In this document: positions 1 to 6,212 of the stretch, in pieces
How positions within the stretch are numbered: the stretch's first letter is position 1
Layout of the letters: every line of letters begins with the position of its first letter
Assembly: GCF_000011125.1 (NCBI RefSeq)
Contig: NC_000854.2
Coordinates: 1 to 32,000, forward strand
DNA: 32,000 bases
DNA from: Aeropyrum pernix K1
GTDB lineage: Archaea > Thermoproteota > Thermoprotei_A > Sulfolobales > Acidilobaceae
Direction: 5' to 3'
Translations under genes and position numbers: made by a program
Notes under the pieces: model-generated
The model's database searches: none
What the model saw: only the letters and a program-made list of their open reading frames with translations
Told to the model about the DNA's origin: nothing

Positions 1-60
1 AAATAATAATAAAAATTAAGTGACTCATGCATTATCCTACGAGGTAAAAATATGTTATAA

Positions 61-93
61 ATTGTCCCAGACTACCATCAATTTAGGGACAAT
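61..93. repeat. Perfect 8-bp inverted repeat (attgtccc / gggacaat) with a 17-nt spacer. Possible hairpin downstream of the minus-strand operon.
   Basis: Read directly: 61-68 attgtccc and 86-93 gggacaat are reverse complements. Further along the minus strand lie T5 tracts (plus-strand A5 at 46-50 and 11-15), the archaeal oligo-T termination signal. Confidence 0.4.
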
Positions 94-102
94 AGTGTTT
101 AA

Positions 103-155
103 GGGATGGCCTTCGGAGCTGGCAGCTCGCGGGTTCAAACTCGCGTAGGGCCCGA
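103..155 (+). other. GC-rich tRNA-like 3' fragment (variable-arm-like hairpin, T-arm-like hairpin, acceptor-like tail). Not an intact tRNA.
   Basis: First hairpin: gagc/tggca/gctc (116-128). Second hairpin: cgcggg/ttcaaa/ctcgcg (128-145), which carries the GGTTCAAA T-loop signature but has a 6-nt loop. Tail: tagggccc (146-153). No matching 5' acceptor strand, D-arm or anticodon arm could be paired on either strand. The fragment is a GC-rich island in very AT-rich flanks. Confidence 0.3.
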
Positions 156-212
156 GTTCTAGTTATAGTTGCGTGGATTTAGATAAATTGAGTATGATCT
201 CTCAGTTTTATA

Positions 213-959
213 TCAATACTTACCCTCTTTATTAATCATAATTAACATTGTTACAACGAATAGAGTGGTCACTCCCGCCAACAGGATTATCCACCACATA
301 TGGAATCCTGCTAAAATCATATATACACCTATAGCTATGAGAGATAAGGAGGTTGGCATGAAAAATTGTAATAGCTCGATCGTTTCCCGACTTAGTCCTG
401 GTATTACATATGCTTCCGGCCTTTTTACAGATAGAAAAACGGTATATCCTGCTAATATTTCAATAGATAAATGTGAAGCTAACGTTCCGTATGCACCAAT
501 ACTATATAGTTTAAGAGAACCTTCAATTGAGAATACAATCGAGATTAGATAAACTAGTAATATAATAGTCAAATATTTTAATTTAATAGAACCTACTGGC
601 TCGAATCCTTCAAGGACTGGTTGGTTTAAAGACTCTATTTCGGCGAGCCTCATAGAATATTCCACGGTAACTACGGTTATCAATGCAAGTAATAGGGCTA
701 GTGTAGATGCCTGAATAGTAATACCATATGCTGCACCAACCACAAAAGATATTAAACTCGCTAACAAAGTAAGCGAACCCAATAGCTTGCTCGCTTTAAC
801 CGTGACGCGCCTAGAAACATAAACATAGCCTATGCTCTCCTTTACAGGCGTCCATATTGACCCAGGAGACAATACCAAGAGAAATCCAATTACACCAAAT
901 GGAAGCGACAGCAGGAGTGAAGATAGTATATCTACCATTACTCTCTCCCCTTTCTGCAA
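213..959 (-). CDS. Polytopic membrane protein of unknown function (about 6 hydrophobic segments). Last gene of the CPBP-PadR operon.
   Basis: The 248-aa ORF has repeated 18-25-residue hydrophobic stretches. The track start at 959 is TTG. The internal ATG at 936-938 (MVDILSS...) overlaps the PadR stop as TAATG, so 213..938 is the more likely CDS. Confidence 0.6.
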   Translation of the reverse strand: MQKGERVMVDILSSLLLSLPFGVIGFLLVLSPGSIWTPVKESIGYVYVSRRVTVKASKLLGSLTLLASLISFVVGAAYGITIQASTLALLLALITVVTVEYSMRLAEIESLNQPVLEGFEPVGSIKLKYLTIILLVYLISIVFSIEGSLKLYSIGAYGTLASHLSIEILAGYTVFLSVKRPEAYVIPGLSRETIELLQFFMPTSLSLIAIGVYMILAGFHMWWIILLAGVTTLFVVTMLIMINKEGKY

Positions 960-1276
960 ATAAGCCAGCCAACCATCTTTGAGAAATCCTTTACTACAAC
1001 CTCATATGTCTCTCTACCAGCATCGGTTATTTCATAGTATTTCCTTAAAGGCCCCCTACCGCTCCTAACCCATCGGCCCTTTATTAGCCCCAGCTTTTCT
1101 AACCTCTTCAAAGCATCATAAAGACTCGTCTCTGGAGGCGTCCATCCCATTAGATTGCCAAGAATTTTCCTCAACCAATACCCATGTAGAGCTCCATGAT
1201 TGACAAGTACGTGTAATACTGCCAATGCAAGCACACCAGTCCTTGCATCCTTCATCAGCTTATCTGCTGGATCCAC
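938..1276 (-). CDS. PadR-family winged-helix transcriptional regulator
   Basis: The segment LAVLHVLVNHGALHGYWLRKIL...SLYDALKRLEKLGLIKGRW matches the PadR pattern (HGY, then LY..L.rLe..GlI). The size, about 105-112 aa, is typical. The track start is GTG at 1276; ATG at 1253-1255 (MKDARTG...) lies 4 nt after the CPBP stop. Confidence 0.8.
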   Translation of the reverse strand: MDPADKLMKDARTGVLALAVLHVLVNHGALHGYWLRKILGNLMGWTPPETSLYDALKRLEKLGLIKGRWVRSGRGPLRKYYEITDAGRETYEVVVKDFSKMVGWLICRKGRE

Positions 1277-2174
1277 GTGACACCCACCATTTTATTAGGA
1301 AGCCTACTATTAGCATGGAGACCACGACAGAGATACCGGCTGGAGGGGCAACAAGCCTGTTACCGATAGTTAGGGCTGCAAAAACTCCTCCAATACCATT
1401 AACCGTTCCATGCGCTATTGCTGGAGTAATGATGGAGTTTGAATGTCTCCTAAGAGGTAAAAGGATGCTTGTAAATGCTATGGTGTATAATGTGAAGACT
1501 ACTATAGCGGGCCACCCCTGGGAATAGCTTCCACAATCTCCTAGCATAGATACGTTGTAATTATAACCAGCATAAATTAAGGGAGCATGCCAGACACTCC
1601 AGATAAGACCTATAATAATGACCTTACCGAGATCGTTAACTTTCTTATCGAGTATGGTGAAGAGATATCCTCTCCAGCCGAGTTCTTCTCCAAGTGCAAC
1701 AAGTGCGTTCATGGTAACTCCTGCTATAAGACCAAGTAATATTAGTATTATAACCGTTGTAATTAGCAGAGTAGTATTAGATACCTCCTTGAAGTATCCG
1801 CATGGTCCAATACTAACGCCTAAAGCCTTAGCGATTGGTAATGACATCACATATGAGGCTAATGGCGCTACCGCTGATAATATGGTCCATTTCAAGGATG
1901 GAATATTAATTCTCAAGATTTCTTTTATTTTCTCCATGTTACGATATCCTTCGACCCATAAGGCTGCGATAACGCCTGTAGCAGGTAGCCACATCCTAAA
2001 TAGGAGGACGATCGTGAGGAGGAGTTTATTTCGGGGTAAGGTTGTGGTGGGCTCTTGCATTGACGTTAGTAACTTTATGGCTATTGTATAGTCTAGGAGG
2101 TATGCTGGGACGAATGATACTGTTAGGAAGACTGCTAAACCTATGTAATGGCGTTTATCGATTTCTATACGCAT
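1260..2174 (-). CDS. CPBP-family intramembrane glutamic endopeptidase (CAAX protease / Abi family)
   Basis: All three family motifs are present in order: GEELGWRGYLF (EExxxR), IWSVWHAP (FxxxH-type) and AIAHGTVN (HxxxN). The protein is polytopic and has an ATG start at 2172-2174. Confidence 0.85.
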   Translation of the reverse strand: MRIEIDKRHYIGLAVFLTVSFVPAYLLDYTIAIKLLTSMQEPTTTLPRNKLLLTIVLLFRMWLPATGVIAALWVEGYRNMEKIKEILRINIPSLKWTILSAVAPLASYVMSLPIAKALGVSIGPCGYFKEVSNTTLLITTVIILILLGLIAGVTMNALVALGEELGWRGYLFTILDKKVNDLGKVIIIGLIWSVWHAPLIYAGYNYNVSMLGDCGSYSQGWPAIVVFTLYTIAFTSILLPLRRHSNSIITPAIAHGTVNGIGGVFAALTIGNRLVAPPAGISVVVSMLIVGFLIKWWVSRGSSR

Positions 2175-2257
2175 ACTACGTCCACCGGGGTATTTATCAT
2201 GTTATAGATGTATTTAAGACCAAAGCTGATTTAAGAACCTAACATTGTATATATAGT

Positions 2258-2836
2258 TTGGTGTTACCGTTGGCGGTAGAGCAATTAACGATTGCTGGAA
2301 GCGAGCTACTAAAACATGAGCTAACAAGCAAGCTAGTTATCGGCGTATTATTGTCCGTTTGGATAGTCATAGTTGCAGTCATCAAGCTCAGGAAGTACTC
2401 GAGGAATAGGCAGATAGTCGGTCTAATTGTAGCGGCTGTAGCCACAGTCGTGGTCTTAGGTACAATAGCCTATATATTTAACCCGCTCCAAACCTATGGC
2501 GCTTATCTCGAGAGTAGAACATTACAAATTAGATTCTACATGAATGATGAAGTGGCTGTTGACTTATGTAACGCTCAGTTGTCATTGCTATCGAGGAGCA
2601 ACGCAATAAACTTACTCTACATTAGAACTAACGGTATTGCTGATCCTTTCTCAGGTATTACTGCGGGATATTACAAAACTGTGGATGAACGGGAAGCCTA
2701 TGTACTTATCGCTGGTAAGGACATTGATGATGTCCTTGCAATCGAATTCGACAGTAAAATTATCCTCCTAGGACTTAAAGGAGCGAATGACTTTTACCAA
2801 AAACTCATAATTTACAAAAGTAGTAATTGTAGATAG
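2258..2836 (+). CDS. Hypothetical membrane protein with two N-terminal TM helices and a soluble domain of about 115 aa
   Basis: The TM segments are LVIGVLLSVWIVIVAVIKL and IVGLIVAAVATVVVLGTIAYIF. No motif was recognised. The start is TTG at 2258 (GTG at 2261 is an alternative), with the TATA-like atttaaga at 2229-2236. It is divergent from the CPBP operon. Confidence 0.5.
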   Translation: MVLPLAVEQLTIAGSELLKHELTSKLVIGVLLSVWIVIVAVIKLRKYSRNRQIVGLIVAAVATVVVLGTIAYIFNPLQTYGAYLESRTLQIRFYMNDEVAVDLCNAQLSLLSRSNAINLLYIRTNGIADPFSGITAGYYKTVDEREAYVLIAGKDIDDVLAIEFDSKIILLGLKGANDFYQKLIIYKSSNCR

Positions 2837-2849
2837 TTACAAAAACCTA

Positions 2850-3290
2850 TTATCTATTATCTATCCCAGCTATTGCTAAGTATTTGAATATAGGAAGGAT
2901 TAGATGCTTGCCATGTAATTGGAATAAAGAAGAATAATAGGGACACATGCAGATAGAAGGTTCCTTATTACTTGCTACTTGCTGTACTCTTCCCCTCGAT
3001 TTGGACTGCAGACGCCGAAATAATACTAATGTAGAGTTAGAAACACAGGGAAATTGATCTAGCGACCAGCTGTTCTTTGATTTCAGAAAGAAAGATCTTT
3101 TTGAAACACTCGAATGTATAGTCAGGTGGTAGCGTTTACATCTTTCACCAACAGAAGCCTACCATAATACCACCAAACCTTTCCTTAATGTCAATACTCC
3201 CTGAGTGTTTACAACCCTACTTATATTATCCATGAAAGAAAGAAACTGAACGACTCCTTCCATGAATACCGTGTCACTAGTGGACAACAT
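2850..3290 (-). pseudogene. 146-codon reading frame interrupted by a single in-frame TAG. Candidate nonsense-mutated gene of unknown function.
   Basis: I checked the frame codon by codon. The ATG is at 3288-3290 and an upstream in-frame stop is at 3300-3302. There are 43 sense codons (MLSTSDTVFMEGVVQFLSFMDNISRVVNTQGVLTLRKGLVVLW), then TAG at 3159-3161, then 102 further stop-free codons in the same frame to TAA at 2850-2852. In DNA this AT-rich, a 102-codon stop-free run is uncommon. It is convergent with the 2258-2836 gene, 13 nt apart. Confidence 0.3.
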
Positions 3291-3895
3291 ATCCGTGAGC
3301 TAATGATTAATAATGCGGAATAATCTTTTTGAACACAGCTATGGGTTATCTCAGATGATTTTAGATCAGCTTAGTTAATTAGGCCAGTAGCGGCATATCA
3401 AGGATACCGTCTGCTATTATGGATGCCTCCTAAACAATTGGCCTACCGCCATACCCATTATGTATAAGGTTAAGATACTATTAATCAAATAACCAGATAT
3501 AAGAGCAAAAACAGCTCTTGCTAACAAGTAATATTACACTAACCATCATCCTATAGCATTTTCCTTCTCATGCTTGAAGAATAGCACATAATTATCGACT
3601 TGCAGATCGGATTATTATATATTTGGTAAGAGAGTGTGCTTTATAGTTATTTATTATGCACCTACGCATTATAAGGGGATTCCAACATAGTAATACACAT
3701 AGCAAAAGATTCCCGCAATTTTGCAATAGTTCTTAGTTTACCTGCTTGCATCAACAATCATAGTGTTATTCATACTTGTGAAGTCGACTTTCATAATAGC
3801 CGCTGTAGCTGTTTACTGGAGTTTTATATACCTGTAATCTAATCTAAAGTAGTAGATGTGACTCACAGCAGTATAATAAATAAAAGCAGTGGTGA

Positions 3896-5440
3896 ATGCG
3901 GTTCATGGTGTTTGACAAGCGGTCTGTAATAGTTATACTAGTAACTATGATTGCTATCTCTGGATTAATAGTTGTTCCATTAATAGTTGTTCCTCTGATA
4001 CGGGAAGGCAATACTAGCGAAGCAAGCGAAGAAGGCTATCCCAGCCCAACTAACGTGGAGACGGTTGTAGATAGCTCCGATATAAAGAAGACAACATCCG
4101 GGCGGGCCAGAATCTCCCTTTCCCTGGGCGCACAGCCTCTAAATGCTATTTTTTCGGGCGGAAAGTTCATATATATTGTTGAAGATAGGAAGGTTGATGA
4201 GAAAGAAGGTCATGCGAAGAAGGTAATCCTGCGAATAATAGACCTCAGGAGTATGACCGTGGAGACTAGTGTTGTAATAGACGAGTATAGTGTAAGCCCT
4301 TCTGGAACGGGACCATGTATCAGTGAGGATGGTAGTGGGAAATCTGGATACCCGAGCTATAGGCTCCTGGGCTATGATGGTAGATATGTCTACTATGCAA
4401 GGGAGTGCCCAAATACTCCCTACTTGTATGTGGTGGATCTTCTTAATTCTAGAGTGGTAAATACAGGGATAAAAACCTACTGGTTAGCGGCTGTGAGAGA
4501 TGGGGTTGCTTACGAGTACAAGGATGGGACCATCTCGGCGACTGATGTTGTGGAGGGAAGAGTCCTATGGAGCCACAAGCTAACTCCGGGCTACGTGTTT
4601 CCAGAGCCCCAGGGTCCTGGAAGGGCGTTCACAGGGGTGTTGAAGGGGGCTTGGGTTGATGACAACTCCCTCATACTCCTCTTACAGGACTCAGACCAGG
4701 CTACTGGCGAGCTTGTCTGGGTCTACAGCCTTGTGGTAGCTTCGGAGGAAGGTGTTAGGGAATCCTACCTCGAGGCCTTCAGGGTTAAGTCAGACTTCGC
4801 AAGTTACGATATTAGGGTAGGGTTTGACGGGGAGAGGGTTTACGTGCTAACCGGCCTCATATGGAGCTATCGAGGCGCATACCAAGGGGTGGTAACCCTA
4901 GACTCTCTAGCTCTAGACGGTAGTGCTAAGCGGTTACTCGTCCGGGAGGTAGGGGGCGCGCCGGAGGATGGCTACCTCCCTCTCTACCTCTTCGTCGACG
5001 ACGGTAGAGTGGGGATCGGCTACGCTGTGTGGAGGAATGTAGTGGAGGCCATGGATGTAGGAACAGTCACGAGGGTTGAGCCTCCTATACTCGTGTTCGA
5101 AACCCTCACGCCCGAGGGAGAGGTCCTGTGGGCTAGGGAGATAGCGGTAGACATCGAGCAAGGGAAGCTCCTGGGGTTCAGAGAAAATAGTTTGTACTTT
5201 ACCGACGGTAGATACGTATATAAGATGGGTCCCGATAGGGCTGCCGAGAAGCTCGCAGACCTCGGAACCCAAGGGCTCTCGGCGGATACAGTCCTAGGCG
5301 CTATAATAGCCGCCCCAATACTATTCCCCTTCCTACCCTTCATAACACCCGATACCACGACAGTTATGGTTATGGTTGATACAACATTGTACATCTACAA
5401 CGGGCCCGAGGCTCAACTGCTCTCAGTAGCTCTAGGCTAG
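3896..5440 (+). CDS. Membrane-anchored extracellular repeat protein, probably a beta-propeller (PQQ/YVTN-like blades)
   Basis: The N-terminal TM is VIVILVTMIAISGLIVVPLIVVPLI. A blade-like motif recurs every 50-90 aa: GGKFIYIVEDR, YDGRYVYYARE, DGERVYVLTG, DDGRVGIGY, TDGRYVYKMG, DTTLYIYNG, together with GRVLWSHKL and GEVLWAREI. A hydrophobic segment, AIIAAPILFPFLPFI, lies near the C-terminus. Confidence 0.7.
   Translation: MRFMVFDKRSVIVILVTMIAISGLIVVPLIVVPLIREGNTSEASEEGYPSPTNVETVVDSSDIKKTTSGRARISLSLGAQPLNAIFSGGKFIYIVEDRKVDEKEGHAKKVILRIIDLRSMTVETSVVIDEYSVSPSGTGPCISEDGSGKSGYPSYRLLGYDGRYVYYARECPNTPYLYVVDLLNSRVVNTGIKTYWLAAVRDGVAYEYKDGTISATDVVEGRVLWSHKLTPGYVFPEPQGPGRAFTGVLKGAWVDDNSLILLLQDSDQATGELVWVYSLVVASEEGVRESYLEAFRVKSDFASYDIRVGFDGERVYVLTGLIWSYRGAYQGVVTLDSLALDGSAKRLLVREVGGAPEDGYLPLYLFVDDGRVGIGYAVWRNVVEAMDVGTVTRVEPPILVFETLTPEGEVLWAREIAVDIEQGKLLGFRENSLYFTDGRYVYKMGPDRAAEKLADLGTQGLSADTVLGAIIAAPILFPFLPFITPDTTTVMVMVDTTLYIYNGPEAQLLSVALG
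3964..3993 (+). repeat. Perfect 15-bp tandem duplication (attaatagttgttcc x2) inside the signal-anchor coding region
   Basis: Read directly: 3964-3978 equals 3979-3993. It is in frame and produces the LIVVP-LIVVP duplication in the N-terminal TM helix. Confidence 0.9.
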
Positions 5441-5773
5441 GATTGAGCGGCCGTAGTTCTCCGGCTTTACCGCCGTTATTCTGTAGAGCTCCGCAATTCA
5501 CTACGCCTATACTCCTTTGGCGCGTCCTCTATCCTGCAGGTGCAGTTCACCAGGCAGCTCTATATACAGCTGAAATCTCCTTACACCTATCCCATATAAG
5601 CCTGACCTTCATGTTCTCGATGAACTCAAACGATTGTGACAACACTCGCAGCATCACGAGGACGTACCTCTATATGTGCTCCACAGCTTATGCAAGTCTC
5701 CTGGTCGCACACAACTCTCACAAATTCACCAAAGCTTACCTCAGGTTTCCACCGAGATTAACAGCAGCCTAAT

Positions 5774-6091
5774 CTATGAAATGAAAGATACGAGTTTGGC
5801 TCTATAGTTAGAAGGCACCTTAAAGATGTAGTGTTCTAAGATATCGTTGATACTAACCAAGGTGTCGTCGAACGTTACAATTGCCGAGCCCCTACTGTAA
5901 TTAACCTTGGTGTCAATTATACCTTTTACATTTTTCAGCGCTGTCTCTATGGCTATTGCACAGCCCTCACAATGCATACCTTCAATGCCGAGAAGAGCTT
6001 TCTCTTGTTTATTATGCGAAAATAAGATAGCCTGTGAATGGCGCTTAAAGATTATCATTCTCGCCTTGAGGTATGGCCAACTTTCATTCAC
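5774..6091 (-). CDS. Heavy-metal-associated (HMA) domain metallochaperone, CopZ-like
   Basis: The GMHCEGC (MxCxxC) metal-binding motif is followed by the ferredoxin-like HMA pattern (AIETALKNVKGIIDTKVNYSRGSAIVTFDD). The track start is GTG at 6091; ATG at 6056-6058 (MIIFKRH...) is an alternative. Either start leaves an unusually long lead of 26-37 aa before the motif. Confidence 0.8.
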   Translation of the reverse strand: MNESWPYLKARMIIFKRHSQAILFSHNKQEKALLGIEGMHCEGCAIAIETALKNVKGIIDTKVNYSRGSAIVTFDDTLVSINDILEHYIFKVPSNYRAKLVSFIS

Positions 6092-6121
6092 ATATGCATA
6101 GTTTCGTTATGTTGTAGAAGC

Positions 6122-6141
6122 TTGTTTAAGGTTGTTTAAGG
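6122..6141. repeat. Perfect 10-bp tandem direct repeat (ttgtttaagg x2) in the promoter region of the HMA gene
   Basis: Read directly: 6122-6131 equals 6132-6141. It lies 31-50 nt upstream (minus-strand sense) of the 6091 start and contains TTAAAC(A) TATA-like cores on the minus strand. Confidence 0.8.
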
Positions 6142-6212
6142 ATGGATGTGGTGAGCGGTTTAATGTTAGACTTTAAGTTCTAAGATAATGCTTTCCTTTG
6201 CTCAGCATCCCT

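Noticed and set aside
95-175. An intact tRNA or intron-containing tRNA gene around the GC-rich island
   Set aside because: I could not build an acceptor stem, D-arm or 7-nt anticodon loop on either strand, and the T-loop is one nucleotide short. I kept it only as a tRNA-like fragment.
265-2091. Plus-strand ORFs 265-552, 1225-1527 and 1618-2091, lying inside the minus-strand membrane / PadR / CPBP genes
   Set aside because: They are antisense shadows of genes with clear family motifs. Their translations are low-complexity (S/P/T/R-rich) with no motifs.
2042-2445. Small ORFs 2042-2242 (+) and 2239-2445 (-) around the divergent promoter
   Set aside because: They overlap the ends of the CPBP gene and the 192-aa gene and span the A/T-rich promoter region. 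Nothing supports them beyond being open.
2837-3895. CRISPR array or replication origin in the ORF-free AT-rich tract
   Set aside because: I found no regularly spaced direct repeats of 24-37 nt, no ORB/mini-ORB-like inverted elements, and no orc1/cdc6 or cas genes nearby.
4934-5394. Minus-strand ORFs 4934-5272 and 5020-5394
   Set aside because: They are antisense to the GC-rich part of the propeller-like gene, where stop codons are rare by composition.
5443-5772. 109-aa plus-strand ORF (TTG start)
   Set aside because: The translation is not protein-like. The opposite strand carries the ferredoxin-like Cys motif remnant. I kept it only as context for that finding.
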